Shown here: positions 13,672 through 25,204 of the stretch, one piece after another
How positions within the stretch are numbered: position 1 is the first letter of the stretch
Layout of the letters: every line of letters starts with the position of its first letter
DNA from: Selaginella moellendorffii
Lineage: Eukaryota; Plantae; Lycopodiophyta
DNA: 64,000 nucleotides
Assembly: GCF_000143415.4 (NCBI RefSeq)
Contig: NW_003314280.1
Location: 2,238,611 to 2,302,610, forward strand
Direction of reading: 5' to 3'
The notes under the pieces: model-generated
What the model was told of the DNA's origin: nothing
Database searches by the model: none
The model's input: only the letters and a program-made list of their open reading frames with translations
Made by a program: the position numbers and the translations under genes

Positions 13672-14526
13672 ACCCGAAACTGGTAGGTGAAAGTGGTCAC
13701 ACTGCTTGCTCACTCGCTTGCTCTATTTGACGGAAGTGAGGAGCCACAATCTTTTGTATGAAGTCAAGTGCCCCGACTCTCCTTGTAAGTTCTCCCACTG
13801 CATCAAAACACACATTTTTCTCCACTACAACAAAGAAAAAAAAATTCACCTCAGCATAGGAAGCAGAGATAATCTTCCATTCAGCAGCCTCCACCAACCT
13901 ATGCTTCAAAACAGTGTGTCCCAGAAGATCTCCTATAACAAACACACAAAACGAATCACAAAAAGAAAAAACATCCTAAGAGCTTTGAGTACTGACGTGT
14001 TCCGAGCAAAATGGCTCGGCCGGTTGACCTCGATCACAACTTTACCGCCCTTCATGGCAAAATCCAGAGAGTAATCCGCATCAACGTACTCGGGGATCCA
14101 CTGCCTTCCAGTGCACACCAAGAACCTCTCGGTATCCTTTTGCAAGAAAGAAGTGGACTTGCGAGAGCTTCTCTCCTTTTCCCAGCTTCTCTATCCTGCC
14201 AAGCTGCAAATGCTTCCCTTCCCACTTGAAGGCCAGAACAACCTGGTATAGCTTGGGGTTGGCCGAGAACAGCATACGACCACGCGATGCTCGAGAGCTG
14301 CTCGATCGATAGCTTCCCGGGGAAAGATTCTTCTTGGAACTGTTCTTCACCGAGCTCCAGAGAACCTTGTTCTTGCTGAAGAGCCGATGAGTCCAGGACA
14401 GAATCCAGAGGTTGAGCCATGACCCGAACGACCAAAGAAGCTGGGCCAGTTCCTGTGCTCGAAACTCCTTGGGAACTCCGCTCGCAGCGTCCATGAGCTT
14501 CTCAAAGAGTGCGGGCGAGCTGTGCT
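13672..14526 (-). pseudogene. Inverted partial duplicate of the 3' half of the RAP gene (introns retained, internal deletions)
   Basis: Reverse complement matches 16476-17450 including both introns; frameshifting deletions present. Confidence 0.95.
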
Positions 14527-14800
14527 AAGCTCTTCCGCCGCCTTCAGAGGCACTGATATTGGGTCAAAGAAGCCCTCACATCCAAAGGGATATGGGGAGA
14601 GGTGTAAGTTCCTCCACGCTGTTACCACCGTCACCGGGTTGGCGCTCGTCACCACGCTCAAAGAGCACGAGAGCATCACGGGAATAGCTATGGTTCCAGA
14701 CTCGGCAGTGCTCTTCACTGGTTCTACCGATGGAACTCTCAGGGCCTGATTGCGACTCAGGGACCGTGTCAGATTACTCTGAGGCTAGAGGACAAACTTC
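14527..14800 (+). pseudogene. Fragment of a CCCH zinc finger/WD40 (ZFWD-like) gene
   Basis: YGERCKFLH...LKEH-ESITGIAMVPDSAVLFTGSTDGTLRA, then a disrupted WDC motif (GCCTGATTGCGACTCAGGG); no proper start. Confidence 0.7.
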
Positions 14801-15343
14801 GTCTCCTATCTCTGTCACGCGTATATGAGGCGGGACTCCTTGGATCAGTCGTACATGGCTGGACTCTGAAGTCTAGAGGATTCATGCGTAGGGGAACGAC
14901 TTGGTACGAGATCAAATCTGATCAAAGCAATGCAAGTCAAGAAGATTAACGTGACAATGCATGAAACGAACAAGTGGGTAAGAATTATAAAGTGGCACTT
15001 TAATAAAACGAGTGCTTGAAACGAGAAGATCAAGTCCGAGGTACGTGAAAGTATGGCGGATGAGATCCTATTCTTTATTCTAGGAACGAAAAGGTGATGA
15101 ACGAGAGGACACACGACAAAAAAACCATGCAGTTCTTCCAAGAAAAAATCGAAAAGATTTACTATGAAAACTCGACGTAGAGAAACTGGGACTTCCCCGT
15201 GGCATTCGAAGGATCGTGGAATCCATCGAATGATCGGTAGCGCTCAACTAAAAAATCGCCCATTCTTTCTGATTGATTGGCTCGTTTGTCTAGCGAAAAA
15301 ATCTTCTCGTGTTAGATGTGTTACCCAGCCCTAAGTGCTAGCG

Positions 15344-17425
15344 ATGGAGCTCCTACATTCCTCGGCGCTGTGCGTAGCGCGCTTCCATCGCTGCTCTGGC
15401 GGCAGGAGCCAGGATTTTGGATTCTTCCAGCAGCGGCAGCGATCGCAGGTGAGGCAATTTCCCTGGTTGGCTGCGAATGCCGCGGCGCCATCGCGTCCGG
15501 CGCCAGTGAAGCCGGATTTCTTTGACAACGATGACTCGGAGGAGGACGAGGAGGATCAGAGGCAGCGGCGCAAGGCGGGGGAGCTGGATTGGGCGACTAG
15601 AGCTCGGGAGCTTGCGATTCAGGATATGAGCTTCCGGAACTTCACCGACGAGGATTTCCAGGCCCTACTGCCCCCGCATTTGCGAATCTCCAAGAAGAAG
15701 GCCAAGAAGAAGAAGAAGACCAGGGCCAAGCAGGAAGGTGCGGAGGCTGCACTGCAGCTGGAGGAATCGCGCAGCGCGATTAAGACCAAAAAGAAGAAAG
15801 ACAAGGACGATGATGCGAGCAGCCTCCAGGCTGCGAATGACACCACTCCGGTCGATCCAAAGAAGCTCAAAGCGCTGGCCAAGAGGTTTAACGCTCACAG
15901 GGAGCGCTACATGAACATCGAGCAAAGCTACAGCGACAGCGAAGGTGACGAGGGCGAAGAGGAGCTCACGACCGAGTTGACAGTGGTTTATGGGGAGCGT
16001 CGAGAGGAAGGAGGTGGTGAAGAGTCGGATGATGGCGAGGAGCTTCCAGCGGCCTTGAAAGATCCAAGGCTGCTGGAAATTCGTCTCAACCAGGACTTGG
16101 TCGACTCGAGGGACGTGGAAGAAGTTTTGGAGACGATCGAGAGAGTGAAAGGAAGGTTTCGATTGAGCTCCATCAACGTCGCCACTGCTCTTCACAGGAT
16201 CGCCAAGCATATGGTGACGCTGTCCATGTCCGAGACGAGAAGGCTCAAGTACGCCAGGCAGTGTGATGTGGCCGAGCTCGTTGCTTCGGCTATGGAGCTT
16301 CTTCCGGAATGCAACGCACAGGGCGTCTCCAATATTGCCTGGGCCATCTCCAAGATTGGAGGCCACCTTCTTTACCGGGGAGAGATGGAGATAATCGCTC
16401 GAGCAGCACTGGCAAAGGTTGACGAGTTCAATCCCCAGAACATTGCCAACGTAGCCGGAGCGTTTGCTTCCATGCAGCACAGCTCGCCCGCACTCTTTGA
16501 GAAGCTCATGGACGCTGCGAGTAGAGTTCCCAAGGAGTTTCGAGCACAGGAACTGGCCCAGCTTCTTTGGTCTTTCGCGTGCATGGCTCAGCCTCTGGAT
16601 TCTTTTCTGGACTCGTTGGACGCGGCTCTTCAGCAAGAACAAGGTTCTCTGGAGCTCGGTGAAGAACAGTTCCAGGAAGAATCTTTCCCCGGGAAGCTAT
16701 CGATCGAGCAGCTCTCGAGTATCGCGTGGTCTTATGCTGTTCTCGGCCAACTCCAGCGTCCATTCTTCGCTCACGTTTGCAAGGAGATACTCGCGTTTGA
16801 GCAGGACGCGTCCCTGGGACAGCACAAGCATATGTTGCAGCTGACACAGCTATACCAGGTTGTTCTGGCCTTGAAGTGGGAAGGGAATCATTTGGAGCTG
16901 GCTCTTGGTGACAGGATAGAGAAGCTGGCTGCAGGTGCCTGGGAAAAGGAGAGAAGCTCTCGCAAGTCCACCTCTTTCTTGCAAAAGGATATCGAGAGGT
17001 TCTTGGTGTGCACTGGAAGGCAGTGGATCCCCGAGTACGTTGATGCGGATTACTCTCTGGATTTTGCCATGAAGGGCGGTAAAGTTGCGATCGAGGTCAA
17101 CGGGCCGAGCCATTTTGCCCGGAACACAGGTCAGTAAGCTCCTAGAATGTTTTTTCTTTTTGTGATTCGTTTTGTGTGTTTGTTACAGGAGATCTTCTGG
17201 GACACACTGTATTGAAGCATAGATTGCTGGAGGCTGCTGGATGGAAGATTATCTCTGCTTCCTATGCTGAGGTGAAGTTTTTTTTCTTTGTTCTAGTGGA
17301 GAAAAATGTGTGTTTTGATGCAGTGGGAGAACTTACAAGGAGAGTCGGAGCACGTTGACTTCATACAAAAGCTTGTGGCTCCTCACATCCGTCAAATAGA
17401 GCAAGCGAATGAGCGAGCAGTGTGA
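15344..17425 (+). CDS. RAP: RAP-domain / octotricopeptide-repeat protein, chloroplastic; exons 15344-17129, 17189-17271, 17324-17425
   Basis: Transit-peptide-like N-terminus, INVATALHRIAK, OPR-like repeats (FNPQNIANVAGAFA) and C-terminal RAP domain (VAIEVNGPSHFARNTG...LKHRLLEAAGWKIIS); GT-AG introns. Confidence 0.9.
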
Positions 17426-17757
17426 CCTCTTTCACCTACCAGTTTCGGGTCAAAACTTGTGAATGAACGGTCGGCCGGCTTGTGGTAAGCTATGGCGGAA
17501 GAAGAGAGAGAAGAGGAGCCACTCGGCTTGTCTGTGATCGTAAAGAAAGGACGGTAACATTGGTTGAATCGTCGGAGCCACAGACAGCGCGATCAAACAG
17601 CTGTTTAGCGAGAGTAAGCTAGAAGCACTAGTATCCTCTGCTTTTTTTGTGTAGGGTTATCAGTGCATGCTTCTACTTGCTTAAATTCGCCTCTCCTGCA
17701 TTGATATAACGCACCCAGATCTTCGCTTTTGCAGCAGCAGCAGCGAGAAAGAGCAAA

Positions 17758-19640
17758 ATGGCGGCTTGCGGCACTCGTCTTCTTCCAAAGTCCTCCTTCC
17801 TGTCTTCGGCCAATTCGTCCTCCTTTCTGGGTGGTTCGTCGGTTCCTTGCGCCTCTTCTCCTTCCTCGTCATCGTCCAAGCTCGGCAGCAGCAGGTGCAT
17901 CAAGGTCCGAGCCGTCGTTGCATCGCCCACTAAAGTTCATGCGGAGCCGGCCACCAAGATCAAGTCGATCAAGGCAAGGCAGATAATTGACAGCCGAGGC
18001 AACCCAACAGTGGAAGTGGATCTGGTGACTGACCGGGTGTATAGATCAGCAGTTCCCAGCGGGGCCTCCACCGGAATCTACGAGGCTCTTGAGCTCAGAG
18101 ATGGTGATAAGACCGTCTTTGGAGGCAAGGGAGTGCTCCAAGCTATTGCCAACATCAACGATGTCATCGCACCAAAGCTCGTTGGCGTGGATACCAGGTA
18201 GCTTTTTTTCTAAAAGCTTACATTTTTTTCTTTGTTCTCCTGCCAATCAACTTATGTGCGAGCTTTCAGGAACCAGAAGGATGTGGACAACATTATGCTG
18301 GAGCTGGATGGGACGCCAAACAAGTCGAAGCTTGGAGCGAATGCCATACTTGGTGTCTCCCTGAGCGTGTGCCGAGCCGGGGCCGGAGCTAATGGCGTTC
18401 CTCTCTACAAGCACATTCAGTCCATTGCTGGGATCAAGGAACTAGTCATGCCAGTTCCTGCTTTGAACGTTATCAACGGCGGCAGCCATGCAGGAAACAA
18501 GCTTGCAATGCAGGAGTTTATGATCCTCCCGGTTGGTGCTAGCTCGTTTGCCGAGGCCATGCAGATGGGATGTGAAGGTTCGTTTCTTCGTTTCTCTTGA
18601 TTTTACAGGAACTTTTGTTTGTGTTTCAGTTTACCAGGTTCTGAAGGGAATCATAAAGAAAAAGTACGGCCAAGACGCATGCAATGTTGGTGACGAGGGA
18701 GGTTTCGCTCCAAACATTCAAGACAACAGAGAAGGTCTTGTTCTTCTGGTTGACGCCATTGAAAAGGCGGGATACACTGGCAAGGTCCGTATACGTAAGA
18801 CTGTTTCTCAACGTCTTTTACATGTTTTCATTTCAGGTGAAGCTGGGTATGGATGTCGCTGCATCCGAGTTCTATAAGTCTGGAAAGTACGACCTGGACT
18901 TTAAAGACCAGTCCAGCAGTGGAAAGAACATATACACGGGCGAGGAGCTGGGAAATCTTTACATGGAGTTCGTGAGGGACTTCCCGATTGTGTCCATTGA
19001 GGATCCGTTCGATCAGGACGACTGGAGCTCGTGGAAGAACTTGCAGTCTCAGTGCGACGTCCAGCTCGTCGGAGATGATTTACTGGTGACGAATCCCAAG
19101 CGGATAGCCGAGGGAATCAGCAAGAACGCTTGCAACGCATTGTTGCTAAAGGTAAGCACGGTGTCGCCTTCCATCATTTCTCATGGAATCGAATCCTTTT
19201 TTTTTTCTTTTCTTTCGCTTTTTGCAGGTGAATCAGGTCGGCTCCGTGACTGAATCCATCCAAGCAGCTTTGGATTCAAAAGCTGCTGGATGGGGTGTTA
19301 TGGTGAGCCACAGAAGTGGAGAGACCGAGGACACATTTATTGCGGACCTGGCTGTTGGACTCGCTAGTGGACAGGTACCAATTCTTCGACTTTTTAAAGT
19401 TTGCTTGTAGAATAGCTCTTTTTGTCTTGATTCGCTTCGATCCTTTTCTCATCGTTTCATGTTCTCGTTTCAGATCAAAACAGGAGCTCCGTGCAGGAGC
19501 GAGCGCCTTGCAAAGTATAATCAGGTAAGGTTGAAAGCTTTTTGGTCTGAGATTTGAATATTTGCTACGAGCAGTTGCTGCGCATCGAGGAAGAGCTTGG
19601 AAGCGTTTGCTACGCAGGAGAGAACTTCAGGAAACCATGA
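17758..19640 (+). CDS. ENO1: Enolase, plastid-targeted (multi-exon)
   Basis: Ser-rich transit peptide; [47 protein letters not shown]. Confidence 0.95.
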
Positions 19641-22592
19641 CCGAGGCCAGGACTTTCTTTTTGTCCGACGGCGAGCTAAGAAACTTTTCCTGCTATGAAA
19701 ATAAACCATGCAACTTGCGAGACTTGCAAAACCATGGAGTGCTTTGCGTGTCTTGACTTCTCGCCTTCGAAATAATTGTTCCAGGCAAGGAATTTGGATC
19801 GTCCTTGGGAACAGCATTGGATCTCTCGTACAGACTGTGTACGGAGAGAACTTTTGATTCTCGTCCAATTCTCGTCCCAAGGTAGGATGACCAACGAATT
19901 TGGTGGGCCAAAACTTTTCTTTCTTTTCGCAACCAAACGTTTCACGGAGCGATGGGTATTTTTTTGGGAGGCACACGTCTTGGGAGGCATTGTTTATCTC
20001 CATAACAAGATCTCTCTCTCAAGTCAGCCTTGCGAGGAATTCTTTTTCAGCCTCATAATTTCTACAAATGAATCACGACTTTGTGTACTCCTTGAGTTCT
20101 GCGCCTGAGCTAACAATCTGATACGATGTAGTACTCCATTTTCTTTTCTTTTGGTACGGCAACGTTGAAACACAGTGAATGCCGCGAAAGTTTTTGTTAT
20201 AGTGGCAGCAGCAGCGTTTATAGTATGTACTTCAGGATTGTGACCACCAGATTGACGAAGAAGAAGAAGATCATCGTTGATGTGGAGATATCGTGAAGGA
20301 TTGAATCAAGCATAAGCGGTTTGAATGCATGCGTCCCGAGGCCTTTGAGGCGTAAAAGAGATCAAAAGGAGAAGGGTCACTTTCGCTTCTGGGTATTGCT
20401 GGTCTGTGTGCGAGTTGAGTTTTGACAGTGAGGCTTGTGTAAGTAAGAACAGTCTATACCTGCATTCATTTCCGAAACATGGGTTTGGTAAGGAAGGATC
20501 AAACACAGTTCTGCAACAAGATCGTACAATTAAGAACAAAAAAAATTTCAAAAAAAAACTCGCAAAGCTGCACAAGAAAAGATAAAGAGCAGAAAAGAAT
20601 TCTGAAACGGCAACAAACAGACAAGCGAGAACAAGCAACACGAAAGCAGCGTACAAATGATATTCTTCAAGGTTGGTGGCGCAAAGTGAATTCATGAAAA
20701 TGAAACGAAGGGTGGTGGTGGTGAAATGTGAGTGAGTGTTCAAAGCAACATGCACCGCGGAAGAACATGAGAGAGTTTGCTCGTCCGTCAATATCGACAT
20801 CGCCCTCTTCCTTTCTTTGGCTCGAAGGAGAGAATTCTACCACTGAAAGGGGAGGAAAACCAACCAGACGACGCAAAACAAGGTGGTGGCGCTAACTACC
20901 TCTGCTGCAACCGCAAAACAAGAAAAGACTAAAAAAAAGAAAAAAAAATGCTTGTCAAATTTCTTGTTTTTCACTGGGACCTTCCAACAAAACTTTCCAG
21001 TCCAGCAAAGAAAGACAGTTTGTTTGGAGCTGCTGCCACGCTGCTACTGCTGCACTCTGCAATCTGCAACTAAGTGCAGAAGCTGATCAGCATCAGCTCC
21101 TGCCTGCCTCCTGCCTGCTGCTGCTGCTGCTTGCTTGCTTTCTTGCTTCTGTTGGATGGATGATTTAAACTGGTGAAAATGAAAACTTGAGAAGTGGGAG
21201 GCATTGAAAGCAACAGCAACGCGAGGCCTTTGTGTTTCTGGGGGAGGGGTTTCGCTGGCGCATCCACCGGTCCATCGGAAATCAAATCGAAACGATCACA
21301 GTTTCTTCAACCAATCTTTCCAAGAAAGGAACTCGCGTACGGAAAAGAGCGGGAAAAGCCGCCGGATAAACCCTAAACCTCGCGCGGGAAGAGAAAGATC
21401 TGCAGATGCCGCCTTAATGGGCGATCGTAACGTGAGGAGAGATCGCATCGCAGTGAAGGTAAGATGGTTTTAGTGTAGATTAAGAAGAGGAAGAAGAAGA
21501 AGAAGAGAGATCGAGAATAGAAGGGACGAATCAGATGGGTTGCGAATGAATGCGAGCGTTAGAGCGGCCCAATGGGAGGCAAGTTTTTCCTGGCAGGCAG
21601 GCCAAGAAGGCATACTGGCGTTCTCTCGCTGTGTTCTTCTGGTATGCGTGTTCTTGCTGCTTATAAAGGATGGGAAGGTCAAAAACTTTAGATTTATTTT
21701 TCTCCCTTGAGTCGAAGCGAGCAGCCAAGGTCAAGAAGACTCAAGAACAGCTTTTTCTGCTCTGCTCAGTGTGGGAAGCTTTTTTTTTTTCCCGTGTGTT
21801 TTCTTTCGTGCCCGGTTTGTTTTTTTCCTCTTGGTGCCTGGAGTTTTGGTTCCCTCTTTATCCGTGCTGCTGCGCCTCTGGCTGGGCTGGCTGGCTTTAA
21901 ATTTTTGTTTCTCTCTTTTTCCACCCTTGCATTTTTCCCCAGGTAGCTATGCGTAGTTAATGGCTTTAGCTACAGGTTGAAAGAATCATGGAAGCAAACT
22001 TCTTCGTTTCGTCCTCGTGAGAGAGAAAGCGAGAGAGAGAGAGGGACGAATCGAGACTCGAGTCGAACAAGCTGAGCTTAGTTCTTCGGTCCCTCCGTGT
22101 CGGCTGCTGGACGAGCATGTCCCAGGAGTGGGCGGTGGAGGGGAAGGAGTAAAGATATTGTGAAGATTCAGTGAGAAGGAAGAAGAGTAGGGAGATACCT
22201 CGTCGGGCGCTTTCCAGCGTTTTGGAGAGGGATTTCCAGCAGGATCATCCGTAGAGCTCCAGCTGACGAGATTAAACTCCGGCTCACCAGTCGCCTTGAC
22301 AGGTAAAACAACTTTCTGGTTCTTTTCTCTTGCTTCGCTCTGCCTCTTTTCTTTTTTTCTCTTTCCTACTTAGAGGGTGGTGGTGGTGTGCAGCTTGTGA
22401 CGCTTCACAAGGTGGGAGAGAAGAGAACGGTGGCACGAAGAAGAGGCAAAGCAGCGTTTTGCTACTAGGCGTGGTGACTTGCGTAGTTGGCAAGGCTGGC
22501 TGATAAACAAAGAGGAAAAAATTGGCACCAAAGTACAAGTGGTCGGGGGCGGGGAGGAGTTTCGCGAGTGTTTTGTGGGATATGATTGTCGA

Positions 22593-24734
22593 ATGGCGAG
22601 GATGAAGAAGGATGTCTGCACTGGCACCAGCAGTAGCAGTAGCAATAGCAGCAGCGGCAGAAGTAGCAGCAGTTTCAGTCACAGCGGCAGAAGTATCATC
22701 AAGAACAACACGAGCAAGAGTTGCAAGGATGTCCCGCACCACCAGGGGCAGCAGCAAGGAGAAGACGGGGGGGTGGAGGAAGATCAGCAGGAGCAGCAGC
22801 CATTCTCGTTTCCCAGGCTATTCAAGATCGAGGACGAAGACGAGGACGATCCAGTGACGAAGAAGGGAATGTACATCGACATGGATATCGCCTTGCCGTG
22901 CGCGTGGGAGAGCATGAAGCGCCAGGGGTCGTCAAAGTCCTCGTCGGTGGACTCGCAGGAGTTTGATTTCGGCAAGTGCTTGCGGGGCTTGGATCCCGCG
23001 GTTGACACTCCGGCCGACGAGCTCTTCTACAAGGGACAGCTTCTTCCACTCCATCGCAAACTCAGGGACGAGGACGAGGACGCGGAGGATGTGGATGACG
23101 AACAGGACGACGAAGAACAATCTATGGTGAGAGAGGAGGACGCCAAGGCGGATTCTTTCTCGTTCAAGGCCCAAGGTGGTCTTTTGAAAGACTTGGGATG
23201 CTTGAGCCCGGACAGGTTCCCGACGCGCGAGGAGGCCACCGCTTGCGGCCTGATCGATTCCAGAAGCTCCAGCTTCCGCTCCAGCAGCAGCTACTGGGAT
23301 TCCGGGGACAAGGACAGCGGCGACAGCAGTAGCAGCTGCCGTGACTCCAACGGGAGTTCTCAAGACTCTTGCTTCGAAGCTCCGGCACAAGGTACGAGTT
23401 CTACTGCCGCTGCTGCTTCTTCTACTTGTATTAGCGGCGCTCCAGTCGTCCATCCAAAGAACGAGGAAGAGAAGAAGAAGCAGAGCAAGTTCTCGTCCTC
23501 GTCTCCCTTGAGTTGGAAGAGGAGTGCGTTCAAATGGAAGGTTCTGCTGGGAGGCGCCTCCTCGCCCTCCTCCAAGAGGGCCTCCCTGTCCGCCTCCTCG
23601 TCCTGCTCTTCCACCTCGTCGGCCTCGTCCGCCTCAAGAGGCGTCCACTTGAGCGACCGGAGGAGGAATCACTCCTTCACATACGGCTCCTCGGCATCAA
23701 CGTCGTCGTCAAACTCGGGCCCGTTGCTCGGCTCGTTCTTCACGGGCAGTGACAGACCGAGGCAGCAGCAGCAGCAGCAGCAGTACAGGCACTCGGTGTT
23801 GTCCTCCTCGGCTGGGAAGAACTTGCAGCAACTGAGTTCCTCCTCGTCTCACCACAGCAGCTTTAGAGACGTGAGCAGCAGCAGCAGCAGTAGCGGTGGT
23901 GGCAATGCCGCATCGTCGAGCAAAGCCACCGAAGTCCTCCAAAAGTACTTGAAGTTCATCAAGGAGAAGGTCTCGTCCGCCAACAACACCATCCCCGCGG
24001 GCGGCTCGATCTCCACGCCGCCGTACTACCTCTACCCGTACTCGTCGTCGTCATCGTCGCAGAGGAAGCACGAGTGTGGAGCTTTCCTGCCAGCGTCGTC
24101 GTCGTCCTCGAGGGCAGGAACTCCGAGGCCGGGTGGTAGCGGTGGTGGCGGAGGTGGTGGCGGCGGAGGCGGCGCTCACCAGCGCTCTTTCGAAGAGTGG
24201 CGGGCCGCCATGACGTACTACGAGCAGCAGCGCGAGCAGCACGACAAGGAGCTCATTACGTGCCCGTCGTTCCTCCCGGGGAGCCTCCGGGTGTCGTCCT
24301 TCTCGTCCCGGAGATCTAGCACGCATGCCAGCTGCGTCACCTCGTCGCGCTCCTCGCCAAACCACAGCGGCGTGCTCAAGCAGCAGTGCGTCGTGGATGG
24401 CGGTGGCGCTAGCGCTGCCGGTGGAAACGGTGGAAACGGTGGAAATGGTGGCAGCGCCAGCAGCAGCAGCAGCAGCACCGCCAGTGCCGGCAGCAGTGGC
24501 AGCAGCAGCATGAGCGACTTGCAGAGCGCTATCCAGGGCGCCATTGCTCACTGCAAAAAGTCTCAAACGTCCAGTACGCTGCTCCACCACCATCTTCGTC
24601 AATCCCACCACCACCAGAGCCAGCACCAATCCGGTCCTCTCCTGCTCGTGGAGCCAACCAGATCATCGCCACCCTCGTCTCAGACCCCCGCAGGAGCGAT
24701 CGAGCAGCAAATCTTTCTCAAGCAAAACAGCTGA
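22593..24734 (+). CDS. MAKR: Membrane-associated kinase regulator / BKI1-like protein, intronless, 713 aa
   Basis: PADELFYKGQLLPLH motif and C-terminal SMSDLQSAIQGAIAHCKKS motif of the MAKR/BKI1 family; first in-frame ATG at 22593. Confidence 0.85.
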   Translation: MARMKKDVCTGTSSSSSNSSSGRSSSSFSHSGRSIIKNNTSKSCKDVPHHQGQQQGEDGGVEEDQQEQQPFSFPRLFKIEDEDEDDPVTKKGMYIDMDIALPCAWESMKRQGSSKSSSVDSQEFDFGKCLRGLDPAVDTPADELFYKGQLLPLHRKLRDEDEDAEDVDDEQDDEEQSMVREEDAKADSFSFKAQGGLLKDLGCLSPDRFPTREEATACGLIDSRSSSFRSSSSYWDSGDKDSGDSSSSCRDSNGSSQDSCFEAPAQGTSSTAAAASSTCISGAPVVHPKNEEEKKKQSKFSSSSPLSWKRSAFKWKVLLGGASSPSSKRASLSASSSCSSTSSASSASRGVHLSDRRRNHSFTYGSSASTSSSNSGPLLGSFFTGSDRPRQQQQQQQYRHSVLSSSAGKNLQQLSSSSSHHSSFRDVSSSSSSSGGGNAASSSKATEVLQKYLKFIKEKVSSANNTIPAGGSISTPPYYLYPYSSSSSSQRKHECGAFLPASSSSSRAGTPRPGGSGGGGGGGGGGGAHQRSFEEWRAAMTYYEQQREQHDKELITCPSFLPGSLRVSSFSSRRSSTHASCVTSSRSSPNHSGVLKQQCVVDGGGASAAGGNGGNGGNGGSASSSSSSTASAGSSGSSSMSDLQSAIQGAIAHCKKSQTSSTLLHHHLRQSHHHQSQHQSGPLLLVEPTRSSPPSSQTPAGAIEQQIFLKQNS

Positions 24735-25204
24735 CTACACGAAAAAAAAGAAAGAAATCTAGAAGATTTGTAGGTACGTACATATGAATGGGATGAATGA
24801 ATATATTAAAGAGTCTGGCTATGGATCTTTTGTATATGGAGAAAAGCTGTGATTGTCTGAAGCTATATAGAAATAAAAAGCCCACCTTGGGAGACACTTA
24901 GATCGTTTGCTTTCTTTCGCTGGGTCCACTCCTCTCGCAGCACCAGACCACTTTGCTCATCACCTTCACCGTCATCGCCATCTTTCTAGCTGGCCGATGA
25001 ATCAAAAGCTCTTCTGGCGAGGATCTGACACAAAGAAGATGCACTAGAACAACCTCAGCACTTGTTATTTACACAGCAGCGCTCCAATTTGTCTCTCTCA
25101 CTCAATCCTCTCTTGCTCTCTCTCTTTCTTTTCACTCCCTCGCTGGTACAAAATTGATGTACTAACCTCCCCGGTGTTTTTCCTCCGTGTTGTTTGTTTG
25201 CTTC

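Noticed and set aside
14860-14880. Helitron 3' end (CTAG with hairpin)
   Set aside because: The hairpin is short, abuts the CTAG, and no matching 5' end was identified.
15665-16642. 325-aa antisense ORF over RAP, and similar shadow ORFs over phosphorylase, PDH, protease and PPR (e.g. 37592-38506, 58800-59810)
   Set aside because: Expected antisense shadows of codon-biased genes; no motifs.
19700-21600. MIRNA or other ncRNA in the long intergenic region
   Set aside because: No conserved plant miRNA sequence or convincing long hairpin recognised; only simple CTG and GAA runs.
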